This document shows positions 36,829-47,419 of a DNA stretch of 64,000 nucleotides, piece after piece. Position 1 is the first letter of the stretch; each line of letters begins with the position of its first letter. Source of the DNA: a virus; IMG/VR virus record IMGVR_UViG_3300002138_000190, positions 26,516 to 90,515 of that record; one strand, written 5' to 3'. The notes beneath the pieces were generated by a model, which did not search any database, was not told the DNA's origin, and worked only from the letters and a program-made list of their open reading frames with translations. Both the position numbers and the translations under genes were made by a program.

Positions 36829-39800
36829 GTTAAATTTCCTTCAAATGTTTGGCCATCAACTGTTTCTATTTTAAAACCAATATTTTCTTCTTGCTTTATA
36901 ATATCATTGATCTTGCTATTTTCCCCTTGTTTTTCCAAAGAAGAAATAAAATTTGCTCCGAATGCAAATGAACTTGAATTACAAATGTTTAGCACCATAT
37001 TATTTTCATCAACACCAGTTATTTCATCAAAACCAGTTTTATCTACGGAACAAACAGTAGAATTTTCTTGTGTGCTGTATTCATAGTCAATTTCAAAAAA
37101 ATAATTTGTAGGTATGCTGCTCCAAGAAAATAAAATTTGGCCTGTGGAAAATACAATTTCTCCAGATATTACCCTAGAATAATTTGTATTAACATCGTTA
37201 AATTTAAAAATTCCAGAAGGACTTATTGAAAAAGTTTGAATCATTGATTGCCTGTAATATATTCTACCATTTACGCTTCCTGCTACAACAGGAGTATTTT
37301 TTAATGTGACATTGGTAATTTTATTGGTGTGATTTGCTTGAAAAGATTCATTTACAACTTTTTTATATTTATTATTCTGAAATGCATACTCATTTTTTGT
37401 CAATTGAATTGAGTTGACAGAAAGAGATGTTCCACCAGCTAATTGTGTAGTTAAATCTAATTTTAGACCACCTAATATCAAATAATCTGTAACTCCTTCT
37501 GAATAATAATCTTCTATTTTATATAAATTATCATCGATTACCAATATAAAGTTCTCTTTGAATTGATTGTTTTCAACAGCATCCACAGAATTAGGATTTT
37601 CAATTTCTAACATACTGGTAGGTTTTTCAATAACCATGCCTTTATAACTTAAATTACCAGTTGTTTCTTCTACAATTCTATTTAATACCTTGCCAGATTG
37701 ACCTATAACATTTCCATTATTCCAAGAACAAACCACAAATACATTTTCTTCAAAACCATATTCTATAATTTGATATTGTTCATTTAGTAGAGAATAATAA
37801 AAGTAATTTCCAATTTTCAATCTTTCTATAGCATTGCCAAAATTACCATCGTTAATTGTTACTATTCCATTGTTGAAGCAAAATAAAGTTCCGTCAAATG
37901 AAGTGTAAATGGAATCATTATTTGAATTTAATAGTTCATAGTTAATATTGTTTATACTTAATGATTGTGTAAGTGGTGGCAATGTATTGTCATCTTTCAG
38001 CACAACACTTCCATCAGTATTAATTGCACTTATAATGTAAACATTATAAGCACTTGGATAAGATGTGTAATATTTTATTTTCCAAGGATTTAATGGGTTT
38101 GTTTCTTCTGATTCAACATTATTGTCCGATATGGAATTTTTCAAGAAAACATCAGAGAATATGAAAATATTTCTTTGTGTGACATTTATGTCTGTGCCAG
38201 AATAAATTGCATTGCTTAATCTATATGCAAATTGAGATTGGTTTATTGGTTGTGTTAATAAAGCTTGTTCGTAAATTTCAATGTAATTCTTTTCTGGATT
38301 TAATACAGTATAAACTCCTTGATTTGGAGAAGGTGATAAAATTTCCAAATATGTATTTGGTCTATTAGTAACAGTCAAACTTGCAAAATTAATCAAGGGA
38401 GAATAAAGAACAATTTTCTGATTGAAACCTATAACTGAATCAGTTCCTAAGTTGATTTGTGTAGCAAGTACGGATCTGGTTACTTGTCTTGTTGTTAAAC
38501 CTAAAAACATATCTCTGTTAAAAAGTGTTTGTGGATAATTAGCTAAAAGATTTTCTGCACCAAAATAACTTATTAATATTTCAATGTTTTCTTCTGGAGG
38601 AAGAATGTATTCATTTAATAATCCAGAATAATTCAATGAATGTAATATTGCATGAAAAGGCTTGTTTTCTTTTATTACTTGCAGAGCTTCATTAATTCTT
38701 TCGGGATTTAAATCTTCAATAGTCAAATCACAATTGAACAATGTTGTAATAAAACCACTACAAGGATCAATGAAATTTTTATCTATGTCACATGGGTTAT
38801 TACTATCTCGCAAGGAACCATTATATTCATCCATGTTGTAAATGTTTTCAGAATAAGCAAAATCAGTTCTAACTTGACCAAAAACTATTGGGTCGTTAAA
38901 AGGATTTTTAGTTGGAATAACTTCATTTAAGAAAACATCATCTTCTGCTATAACTTTCGCATTCCAATTTTTAGGAGGATAGGTAATGTTTAAATCATCC
39001 CTGAAATCTGCTAGAGATAAAGATCTCAAATAATTTTCTATAGTTTGCTCAACAGGATCAGCAATTTGTTTTATTTGATATAGTATTTTTATTGTGTCAT
39101 TATTTTTAAGACTTGGCCCATTCCATGTTAAAATACTTACAAAATTAAATGTCTCAATGCTGATGTAATTTAAAGGTTGTTCAATGAATTCTCCAGAGCC
39201 TTCTCTGAGATGTACTTTAAAATTATCAGAATTTATTGGCAAACTTACTTTAGATAATTCAAATTCACTTTGAGTATTTAAAATATAAAAGACATCTGTC
39301 CAAGTATATCTTGAATATACTTGATACAATTGTGTGAGTTTTTCTAAATTTATTCCAGCATCTCCTAGTGCTGATTTTAATCCTTTTAATGTTCCCTTCA
39401 TTTTAAAATTAGGAACTGCTTTTGCTATTTGTCTTCTCCATCTAATTGGATCATTTGATGAAAAACTTAACCTGTAAAGGTTTCCTAAATATGCAAGAAA
39501 ATATTCTGGAATTAAGTTGTAATCCAGTAATCCAGAAATGTTATTTGCTAAATTTTCTAATACAGCAAAAGAATCTCCAACTGCTAAATTAAAATTATTT
39601 AAAACTTCTGGAGATATATCTGTAGGACTTAATTGTTGTTTGTAAACTTCTGGCATATACTTGTTTAACAAATCAGGATATTTGTTTTTATCTGTTATAA
39701 AATTAGCTGGAATTAAATATTTGTAAGAATCAGAAGATAAAGAAAAAAACAAACTAGATGATAATTTTTGTAGAGAAACATTAGGTCGCCAATTCCAAGC

Positions 39801-40301
39801 TAAAAAATAATCTCCTTCTCTCAAATTATCTTTTTTAAATTTTAATCTAAAGTGACCATAGATTATATTGCTGTCAACATCATTGACTTTGTAAAGAATA
39901 GAATCATTTGGATTACTTGATTCCCATACTGGATTTTCTTCTGAGCCGAAAACAGCAACAGCAATCAAGTTGTCAAATTGCAAATTTGAAAAATTATTTG
40001 AATTTAAAAGTAATTTTTTAGCTGTTTTTAATTCATCTGCATAATCAGAATTTTCTGGATTAGTACAAACTAATTGTGCTTTTTCTAAGTAATTTTTTTC
40101 TAATTCTGGTGAAACAGTATTAGCAGATATCTGTGTATGAAAATCATTGCTGAAATTTCTTTCAACAAAGTAAACTTTTACATTTACAATTTCAAATGGA
40201 TCAGCATTAAAACAACAATTTACATCTGGAGTGTAAATGTCAAAAATTATTGTGTCAGAAACTTTAGGTTTTTCGTAATAATATTTTTCGTTCATTTTCA
40301 C
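36825..40301 (-). CDS. Large baseplate wedge protein (gp7/P2 I-like) carrying a copy of the capsid insertion domain
   Basis: 1158 aa; LLNKYMPEVY, FLAYLGNLY and KMKGTLKGLKSAL; directly downstream of the gp6/J-like gene. Confidence 0.75.
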   Translation of the reverse strand: MKMNEKYYYEKPKVSDTIIFDIYTPDVNCCFNADPFEIVNVKVYFVERNFSNDFHTQISANTVSPELEKNYLEKAQLVCTNPENSDYADELKTAKKLLLNSNNFSNLQFDNLIAVAVFGSEENPVWESSNPNDSILYKVNDVDSNIIYGHFRLKFKKDNLREGDYFLAWNWRPNVSLQKLSSSLFFSLSSDSYKYLIPANFITDKNKYPDLLNKYMPEVYKQQLSPTDISPEVLNNFNLAVGDSFAVLENLANNISGLLDYNLIPEYFLAYLGNLYRLSFSSNDPIRWRRQIAKAVPNFKMKGTLKGLKSALGDAGINLEKLTQLYQVYSRYTWTDVFYILNTQSEFELSKVSLPINSDNFKVHLREGSGEFIEQPLNYISIETFNFVSILTWNGPSLKNNDTIKILYQIKQIADPVEQTIENYLRSLSLADFRDDLNITYPPKNWNAKVIAEDDVFLNEVIPTKNPFNDPIVFGQVRTDFAYSENIYNMDEYNGSLRDSNNPCDIDKNFIDPCSGFITTLFNCDLTIEDLNPERINEALQVIKENKPFHAILHSLNYSGLLNEYILPPEENIEILISYFGAENLLANYPQTLFNRDMFLGLTTRQVTRSVLATQINLGTDSVIGFNQKIVLYSPLINFASLTVTNRPNTYLEILSPSPNQGVYTVLNPEKNYIEIYEQALLTQPINQSQFAYRLSNAIYSGTDINVTQRNIFIFSDVFLKNSISDNNVESEETNPLNPWKIKYYTSYPSAYNVYIISAINTDGSVVLKDDNTLPPLTQSLSINNINYELLNSNNDSIYTSFDGTLFCFNNGIVTINDGNFGNAIERLKIGNYFYYSLLNEQYQIIEYGFEENVFVVCSWNNGNVIGQSGKVLNRIVEETTGNLSYKGMVIEKPTSMLEIENPNSVDAVENNQFKENFILVIDDNLYKIEDYYSEGVTDYLILGGLKLDLTTQLAGGTSLSVNSIQLTKNEYAFQNNKYKKVVNESFQANHTNKITNVTLKNTPVVAGSVNGRIYYRQSMIQTFSISPSGIFKFNDVNTNYSRVISGEIVFSTGQILFSWSSIPTNYFFEIDYEYSTQENSTVCSVDKTGFDEITGVDENNMVLNICNSSSFAFGANFISSLEKQGENSKINDIIKQEENIGFKIETVDGQTFEGNLT

Positions 40302-41845
40302 ACATATGTAAAAGAAATGGTAGTGTTTTCTGGTCTTATTATCTCATAATATTTTGTTGTAACTAATTTTAAATTAGATTCAGAAATTGTATTGAATGAA
40401 ATTTCAAAACTTTTTGGTTGTTTGAAATCTGAAAGAGATTGTATTATATCTACATCACTTAAAGATTCGCCATAATCCCAATTGTTCAAGTTGAAAAAGA
40501 TGTCAATTTTAGATTGCATTGATGCTTTTAATTCATCTTCAAATTTTTTGTAAAATCTATCTACTGTAACCTCTATTAAAACATCAACTAGAAAAATTTC
40601 TCCATCTTTGATACAAATAGAATCTGTAAGCATTTTAACATCATCTAAAGCATCTGTAAGTTCAGATTTAAATTGACTATTGGCTGGCTGTAAATTATTT
40701 GATCCTGATTTAACTAAAACAAAATAGTCAATTATATTTGCAGCACAACCATAATTTCTTAAAACAGGATTGCATTTTCCCATAACACCATTGAAATTTG
40801 TTCTAAAAAGATTGCCATAAGATTTGTAATCTTGACCTGAAACTGTTCTATTTTGAGTTCTTAAATAAAGAGGAATTTTTTCCCTTATGTCTTCAACAGT
40901 ATCTCCTGATGATCCAAATTGACCAGCTGTATAGTTTGTAAATGTAACAGGAACACTAGATGGTACACCTTCAGGATTTACTAATGCTTCTATTGTTGCA
41001 TAATTTGTTACAATGTCTCCATTTATTGAACCACCAATTCTAAACTGAACAGAAATTTTAGTTCCTAAAGGTGGAATTAATCCACCCTTGCCAGTTCCAA
41101 ATATAACATTGGCACTATAATCAGAATTGTATTCAATAATAAATTCTTTGTTTGCAATTCCAGATGTGAAGAAATCAACATTTTGCCATTCTTGTCCATC
41201 TATGAAAACTCTCACAGAATTATCAATTATATTTGTGTAATTTAAAATTAATACTTGATTTATTTCACCTGTTGATGTATATAAATTTGTAGTTGTTTTT
41301 CCAGCAATCCCTACAATATTTGAATTAATTAAAGAGCCAGCTTTCAATACTATAGGTTCATCATAAATTGGCCTGTTTAAAGAATCGGCAGGATATAATT
41401 CATATGTTAATGGTGCTTCATTTGATACAAGATTAAAATTATAAGGTGCTTCAATTACTAAATCAGCAGTTTGAATATTTGTAATTCTTGCTGTGAATAA
41501 AGCTTTAGAACCAATTGGCCCTTGTGGTTTGTATCCAACTAATTTTGCCAATCTAAAAATATTATCAAGTTCTGTTACAGTATCAATAAAAATTTCATTT
41601 GCAATTTGATCCATTTTAAAAGACAAAGTATCTGCTAGAAATGCAAAATTTTCAATTAGCATAATGGCTAAACTAGATTCAACAAAATCATTAAAATTAT
41701 TTCCAAATTTTTCTTTTACAAAATTTATTAACCTAGCTTTCATTGAGTAAAAGTCTTGATTGGTATAATTCAAGTTAACAATTTTTGTTTGTTGTGGTAT
41801 ATCACCAATATCATAAGGATTGACAATTTCACATTTTTCTTGCAT
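40298..41845 (-). CDS. gp6: Baseplate wedge protein, gp6/baseplate J-like
   Basis: YTNQDFYS, FNDFVESS, DQIANEIFIDT, AKLVGYKP, FGTG..G.IP and TQNRTVS.QDY. Confidence 0.88.
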   Translation of the reverse strand: MQEKCEIVNPYDIGDIPQQTKIVNLNYTNQDFYSMKARLINFVKEKFGNNFNDFVESSLAIMLIENFAFLADTLSFKMDQIANEIFIDTVTELDNIFRLAKLVGYKPQGPIGSKALFTARITNIQTADLVIEAPYNFNLVSNEAPLTYELYPADSLNRPIYDEPIVLKAGSLINSNIVGIAGKTTTNLYTSTGEINQVLILNYTNIIDNSVRVFIDGQEWQNVDFFTSGIANKEFIIEYNSDYSANVIFGTGKGGLIPPLGTKISVQFRIGGSINGDIVTNYATIEALVNPEGVPSSVPVTFTNYTAGQFGSSGDTVEDIREKIPLYLRTQNRTVSGQDYKSYGNLFRTNFNGVMGKCNPVLRNYGCAANIIDYFVLVKSGSNNLQPANSQFKSELTDALDDVKMLTDSICIKDGEIFLVDVLIEVTVDRFYKKFEDELKASMQSKIDIFFNLNNWDYGESLSDVDIIQSLSDFKQPKSFEISFNTISESNLKLVTTKYYEIIRPENTTISFTYV

Positions 41846-41849
41846 TTTT

Positions 41850-42275
41850 CTATCTTTCTGTTGGCAATTCTAAAACTAAAACTTCAACATAACTAATATT
41901 ACTTGGATCGAAAAATTTTATTAAAATTTTCAATACATGATCGTTATCGTTTAACTCAGATTCATTCTGCGTTCTTGTACTATCATTATAACCATTACTT
42001 ATTTCAATTTGAGACACTACTATCCTTGGTTCCCATAAAGTAATAGCTTTTTTAATCAAATTTTCAGCTTCCATCCTAACATATTCATCATTTGGCTTGA
42101 ATAAAAGCTTTCTTAATCCTGTTCCATAATTAGGCAACATGACTCTTTCAGTAGGATTTGTCAATAATAATTGAATTAAATCCGATTTTAAAGTAGATAT
42201 TCCTTCTTGGGAAAACAAGTATCCAAGGGAATTTTTAGATATCGGATAAGGAGCACCTTTTAGTATAAAACTCAT
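41850..42275 (-). CDS. gp25: Baseplate wedge / sheath-initiator protein, gp25-like
   Basis: LLLTNPTERVMLPNYGTGL and ITLWEPRI. Confidence 0.9.
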   Translation of the reverse strand: MSFILKGAPYPISKNSLGYLFSQEGISTLKSDLIQLLLTNPTERVMLPNYGTGLRKLLFKPNDEYVRMEAENLIKKAITLWEPRIVVSQIEISNGYNDSTRTQNESELNDNDHVLKILIKFFDPSNISYVEVLVLELPTER

Positions 42276-42390
42276 ATGTCTTTATTTAGGTAAAATTTAG
42301 GTAAAAAGTTAATAAATTGTTAATTTATTTAACTTAAATGTATATGTTTTATTATAGTACCTCATTAATATTTTGTGCCATTCCTGTTCT

Positions 42391-44610
42391 TTATGTTGTT
42401 GTATTTTGTGTTGGACTAACAATATCGCCTAGTTCATCATTGGTTTGAGTTTCTTGGTTTTCTTCATCTTGTTCACCATTATCATCACCAAACATTTGTG
42501 AAATTGGTGCTATCATAGTGAAATTAACTAGTGCAGCATCTAAACTGCAACTCGCAAAAACACGATCACTTATTCTTAATTTACCACCTAAATAAACAAT
42601 AATTGGTGCTAAACAAAATGTATCTTCTCCTTCTGGAGTTTTACAATCACCTAAACCAGCCAATATAAATGCATATCTGTTGGACATGTTGAAGAAATAT
42701 TCATTTGCTCGTATGTCCATGTTCTCTGTACTGCAAAATCTATCTTTTGTAACTAAACTGATCTTATCTGATGGGTTTTCTGTAGGTTCTCCTACAACTT
42801 CAATAGTTTCGTCATAACTTGTATGAACATAATATCCCCCTGCTCTTAAATAAATATAACCTGGCCCTTCGGGTATTTCTTGAAAAATCTCAAAATGTGG
42901 CCCTCTTTTTTTATTGTCTATTTGAGGTGCAAGTATTCTAATAAATTGTTTTTCTGTTTTTGTTTGATCGTAAAAATCAGCCATAAAAATTTCTAGTCCA
43001 TATCCACTTCTGCATTGAATGTATGCTTTTTTAGAATTATTATTTGGTATTGCTCCTTCTGTTCTACATGGTTCTTGTTGATCAACAGTTTCATCACACA
43101 TTCTGAAAAGATGTCTGGAAGTAGATTTAATATGCACACCTCTTTCAGATCCCCCTAATCCAGGGCATGTGCTTTCTGTATGATCCGAAAGAAATATTTC
43201 ATTTCCCAACGCAGTTTTCAAATTTATGCCATTTAATTTATTTCTTACTTTAGATGGTTCTTCATAATCAACCATTGAAATTGCATGGCCAGTAGCACTT
43301 TTCCAATAACTTCTTCCTAAATATTTGTCATTACAGCCAAAATCAAAACTTTTTAAACTTCTTTCCCAATCAGGAATGCCTCTTGGTTCTTCAACACTAT
43401 CATCCATTACAAAAGAATGACCTGAAATAGAAAGAAATTGAATTCCAGATTGAGGTAAATCACATTTGTTGTTTTGTGGAGTGCCTGGTCCTCTATATGG
43501 TCTACATTCATTTTTAGCTTTAAAATATGGATTGCTGCCATCTTGAGATTCTTCGTATTTAGTGCCTTTAGGAGTATCTGGATGTCCTCCAATTACAGTT
43601 GAAGAGGTAACTTCACCATCACAAGGAACACCTTTTTCTTCTTTTTGTGGAGAATTGTAATAACCCTCATCAAAATAACTAAAAGTTTGCCTTGTATCTG
43701 CTGTTCTTTGTAATTCTTCTAAAGATATATTAAATGTTTGCTTGGTAACATCTTCAGAAGGATTTGGATCTGTTGCATTTTCAATGCAATTTGTACTACC
43801 ACCTCTAGAACAATCTTTAAATGCCCATTGTCCACCATAATGTAAATGATCATCTTTAAAACACATCCATGCACCACATCCTGACATTAATTCCATTCGT
43901 TTCCACTTGCGATTACATTTGGCATCCCCATCAACCATTTTCAACATGTGTTTTTCTGGTGTTTTAAAACCATAAATGTTTGGGAAAGTCATTCTTCTTG
44001 CAGCATTTACATTTAAATCTATGTCTGTTGTACTGTTTATATCATACCCATTGTAACTTTCTGTATTCCACGGTGGAAAAACTTGTGATCCATCATCTGG
44101 CCCAACAAAATAATTGCTTCTTTTCCCTGAATATAATAAATCCCATTCAGGAACAGAAATTCCAAAATTTTGACCATTTGGTCCTCTGTCTCTAACCCAA
44201 GTTGTTCCAAGATAATAAGCAGCTTTTCTATTTCCATGCTCAAATATTAAACAAACACATGAACCAGCAGGGGGAACCCAATTTACACCTGAATCATCAA
44301 ATCCACCAAAAGTACTAATGGGAAATGCCCAAGGCAATTGTCTTATTTTAACTGTTGCTGGATTATGTAAAATTGGTGTGAAAAATCTTACTCTGTTTTG
44401 TTTCCAAATATCAAATGTATCAATAACTAATGCTAAATAAAGTCCTTCCAAAGTTACATTTTGCTGAATTGTATTATAATTCCTAGCAATAGATGCTTGA
44501 ATGTTGGTTCCTAGCATTTCATTAGATTTTGACAGATTCTTTTCTAAAGATATAATTCTTTCATCATGATCAAAAACTGTTTTTCCCAAGCCTTTATTTT
44601 CACTTGCCAT
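42391..44610 (-). CDS. Baseplate central spike, gp5/VgrG-like
   Basis: OB-fold motifs YLALVIDTFD..KQNRV, PWAFP and VPPAGS.V.LIFEHG...YYLG; beta-helix-like S.SGHSF.MDD and SATGH.I segments. Confidence 0.8.
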   Translation of the reverse strand: MASENKGLGKTVFDHDERIISLEKNLSKSNEMLGTNIQASIARNYNTIQQNVTLEGLYLALVIDTFDIWKQNRVRFFTPILHNPATVKIRQLPWAFPISTFGGFDDSGVNWVPPAGSCVCLIFEHGNRKAAYYLGTTWVRDRGPNGQNFGISVPEWDLLYSGKRSNYFVGPDDGSQVFPPWNTESYNGYDINSTTDIDLNVNAARRMTFPNIYGFKTPEKHMLKMVDGDAKCNRKWKRMELMSGCGAWMCFKDDHLHYGGQWAFKDCSRGGSTNCIENATDPNPSEDVTKQTFNISLEELQRTADTRQTFSYFDEGYYNSPQKEEKGVPCDGEVTSSTVIGGHPDTPKGTKYEESQDGSNPYFKAKNECRPYRGPGTPQNNKCDLPQSGIQFLSISGHSFVMDDSVEEPRGIPDWERSLKSFDFGCNDKYLGRSYWKSATGHAISMVDYEEPSKVRNKLNGINLKTALGNEIFLSDHTESTCPGLGGSERGVHIKSTSRHLFRMCDETVDQQEPCRTEGAIPNNNSKKAYIQCRSGYGLEIFMADFYDQTKTEKQFIRILAPQIDNKKRGPHFEIFQEIPEGPGYIYLRAGGYYVHTSYDETIEVVGEPTENPSDKISLVTKDRFCSTENMDIRANEYFFNMSNRYAFILAGLGDCKTPEGEDTFCLAPIIVYLGGKLRISDRVFASCSLDAALVNFTMIAPISQMFGDDNGEQDEENQETQTNDELGDIVSPTQNTTT

Positions 44611-44628
44611 TTTTTAATTCCTTAATTT

Positions 44629-46218
44629 CTAAATATTTTCTAAGAAATCTGAACCATTCATTTTCTGTAATTTTAAAGTAGTAATAAAGTTGCCTTTAGT
44701 GATATTGTGAGAGGCTTCAGATACCATGTAAGCACCAGAAAGAATTTGATTCACAGGTGGTTCTGCTAAAAATTCACAATCTCCGTTTGATCCATTTTGT
44801 TTGATGCAAAAAGGATTTATAAATATAACTTGAATAAACATTTCTTGTATTATATTTAAAACTCCTGTGTAAAAAGGATCTCCAACTATTTCCATAGTTG
44901 CGGTAATAGGTGGAAGTCCTTCGATAACCTCAGATGCAGCTAAATTAACAGAAACAGATGAGGTTAATTGATTTACAACTTGACTTGGGCCTCTAAAATT
45001 TAAATCTCCAGAATTTGTTGGTATTTCTGTTTGTCTTCCGTTTGAAGAAGGTCTTTGTCTGTTTTCAGAATTTCCAGTTTGTTCATCAAGATTTACTTCG
45101 CAAATATTTATTCTTTCGGGAATAGTTGAAAAAGCATTTGGGCCACCACCACCTCTGCCAGCAAATTGTTTATCATCATCATCTTCTGCTGACTCATCTA
45201 TTTGGCTTAAGTTTAATCCATTTATTTCTGGTGTGAATTTTAAAACTTTGGTGCAATCTCCAGCATTTACAATAAAAGTTTTAACAGGGCATCTTCTTTT
45301 TTCCCCGAAACAAGGATTTGGATTAATATCTTCAAGAACTACCATAGATGGATTTTTTGTTTGATTTGGGAAAACAAAAGAAGTTGCTTTGTCTTTGTTC
45401 GTTACAAAAGAAAGCATGATTTTTCTTGCAGCATCTGTGTTGATTAATTGATCTGGATTCCAAACACCATATGGGCCTAATCTTCCACCATCTGACTTTC
45501 TGAAATCCCATTCTGAAAACCCTTTGCCATCAGCATTTAATCTTAATTTAAGTAAGCTTAAATTGGCTGGACTTTCATCACATCTTTTGCCAACCATAGT
45601 TGTAAGTGAAGGCCATAATTTTTGCTTTTGATCATCTGATCCTTCTACAACTTCGTTTCGGAATAAATCCATAGAGTCTGCAACAAAGGTAAAATCTAAT
45701 TCAATTTTGTAATAACCCTCTTCAAATTGAAATTTCCCAGTAGAAAAAATACAATAAAGATATGGCCCTAAGTCTTCTTCATCAACATCTTCATACTCAA
45801 TAATTGCTGCATTATTTGATGTGCTAATGTCATTTTTAGATGTAATTCCAGTATCACAATCATGAAAAATCCATCCAACATTGAGATATCCTTCTAAGGC
45901 TCCCAAATAATTTTCATCATAATAACATTGACTTGATGGAATTAATCCTAATAAGCTTTCCACATCAGTATAATCACAGGTAACAATTGTAATTGTTCCT
46001 GCCATCCCACCTTCCTTACCACCCATAACATGTAAATTACAAGATTCAATAACTGCTTGATTGACTGCTCCTTCATTTCCTACTTGGAAGTGTTTGCCTT
46101 TAAAAACTAATTCAACAAAAGGTGTATAGACAGCATAGTTGGGTGGTTGCTGAACATCACCTATTCCACAAGTTACACCAGACTTTAGTGCCAAAAACTC
46201 AAAACTTCCACATGCCAT
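44629..46218 (-). CDS. Baseplate hub protein (gp27-like)
   Basis: Position next to the spike gene; ATMEIVGDP and Y.VSEASHNIT.GNFITTL.L motifs. Confidence 0.65.
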   Translation of the reverse strand: MACGSFEFLALKSGVTCGIGDVQQPPNYAVYTPFVELVFKGKHFQVGNEGAVNQAVIESCNLHVMGGKEGGMAGTITIVTCDYTDVESLLGLIPSSQCYYDENYLGALEGYLNVGWIFHDCDTGITSKNDISTSNNAAIIEYEDVDEEDLGPYLYCIFSTGKFQFEEGYYKIELDFTFVADSMDLFRNEVVEGSDDQKQKLWPSLTTMVGKRCDESPANLSLLKLRLNADGKGFSEWDFRKSDGGRLGPYGVWNPDQLINTDAARKIMLSFVTNKDKATSFVFPNQTKNPSMVVLEDINPNPCFGEKRRCPVKTFIVNAGDCTKVLKFTPEINGLNLSQIDESAEDDDDKQFAGRGGGGPNAFSTIPERINICEVNLDEQTGNSENRQRPSSNGRQTEIPTNSGDLNFRGPSQVVNQLTSSVSVNLAASEVIEGLPPITATMEIVGDPFYTGVLNIIQEMFIQVIFINPFCIKQNGSNGDCEFLAEPPVNQILSGAYMVSEASHNITKGNFITTLKLQKMNGSDFLENI

Positions 46219-46221
46219 GTA

Positions 46222-46542
46222 TTATCCTATCGCTGGAATTCTAATTGTTATGCCTGATTTAAATTCCTTTATGTCTTTTATTCCATTAAATTCCATAATT
46301 CTCCACCAATAATCAGAAAAACCATAGGCAACTTGAGATACTAAATCAGGTCTGTACTCGTTGCTGGAATTAAGCTTAATAAATTTATCTCTACTAGTGG
46401 CACTAATTGTTTTTCTTTTATAAGTTGTAAATGTGGTTTTTTGATTATCCCCATAAAATATAACTTTTGATTTTGCGTATCTACTTAAAAAATCTATAAA
46501 TCTTCTAGCTTTTAATTTAGTATATGTGATTTTATTGGCCAT
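46222..46542 (-). CDS. Baseplate wedge gp53/LysM-like protein
   Basis: YRPDLVSQVAYG...WWRIMEFNGI.D...G..IRIP. Confidence 0.8.
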   Translation of the reverse strand: MANKITYTKLKARRFIDFLSRYAKSKVIFYGDNQKTTFTTYKRKTISATSRDKFIKLNSSNEYRPDLVSQVAYGFSDYWWRIMEFNGIKDIKEFKSGITIRIPAIG

Positions 46543-46543
46543 T

Positions 46544-47083
46544 TTAACCTCCTGTACTTATTATTTTATTTGCACCTGGCAATGATGAATTTGAATATAC
46601 AACCTCAAATTGTAAGTCAACATCAAATTTTATTGGAATAAAAGATGTTTCATCACCACTTACTGAATGCCAAACAACATCTGTTGGAAATTTAACACTA
46701 TAACTTTTCAAAATAACACACACTTCATCATCTGCAATTATTTTACCACATTTTATTTTGGCTATCTTAGGTGGAACAACAGGTAGAGAATCACCTACAT
46801 CAGGATAAGTTAAGCTTTCTAAAATTCTTAAATTTTGTAAATTTGCTACAATTCTTTCTTCATCTTCTCCGTAAAAATGAACAGTCCACCCAATTTGCCT
46901 AGATTCACCATGTGAGAAAACTTTTATTGGCATTGATCTACCAATACCATTCATATCTGCATATGCTGCTGTTTTTCCATCAGTTATGTCTGGAAGAATG
47001 TACATATAGATGAATGTGTCATTAACTTTTATGTAACAATCATTTAAATCTACTAATTTTCCTGTTGCCGTTGTAGCTTTCAA
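46544..47083 (-). CDS. Tail tube initiator / baseplate-tube junction protein
   Basis: PDITDGKTAAY, GRSMP..VFS, LESLTYP and PP.IAKI. TTG at 47083 after AGGAG; the track start 47260 overlaps the HNH gene. Confidence 0.7.
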   Translation of the reverse strand: MKATTATGKLVDLNDCYIKVNDTFIYMYILPDITDGKTAAYADMNGIGRSMPIKVFSHGESRQIGWTVHFYGEDEERIVANLQNLRILESLTYPDVGDSLPVVPPKIAKIKCGKIIADDEVCVILKSYSVKFPTDVVWHSVSGDETSFIPIKFDVDLQFEVVYSNSSLPGANKIISTGG

Positions 47084-47123
47084 TTTTTCTCCTGTTTTAA
47101 TATTTATTAGTATAAAATAAATT

Positions 47124-47417
47124 ATGGATAACTTTAAGATAATAAATAAAAAAAATTTTAAGAAATATATCAAGAAATGTTTTTTTTGTAATGAAGATAA
47201 TTCTAGTCTTTTGGACATCCATAGAATATTTGAAGGTAAAGATGGTGGCACATATGACACAATTAATGTTTTAGTTGTTTGTTCTAACTGTCATCGAAAA
47301 ATACATTCAAATCAAATTAAAGTTATTAAAAAGCATAAAGCTTACAATTCAAAGTGTAACTTTATTGTAGAGTGTTTAATTAATGGAGAAAATTTTTGGT
47401 TAGATTGTGATTATTAA
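47124..47417 (+). CDS. Free-standing HNH endonuclease
   Basis: CFFC...LDIHRI...GG.Y...N..VVCSNCHRKIH. Confidence 0.85.
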   Translation: MDNFKIINKKNFKKYIKKCFFCNEDNSSLLDIHRIFEGKDGGTYDTINVLVVCSNCHRKIHSNQIKVIKKHKAYNSKCNFIVECLINGENFWLDCDY

Positions 47418-47419
47418 AC

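Noticed and set aside
42306-42335. Imperfect inverted repeat in the spike-gp25 intergenic region
   Set aside because: Almost all A/T, contains a bulge, and is expected by chance at this composition.
36319-47083. Extracellular contractile injection system or T6SS locus
   Set aside because: The same window carries capsid, protease, portal, terminase and primase genes, so this is a phage tail module.
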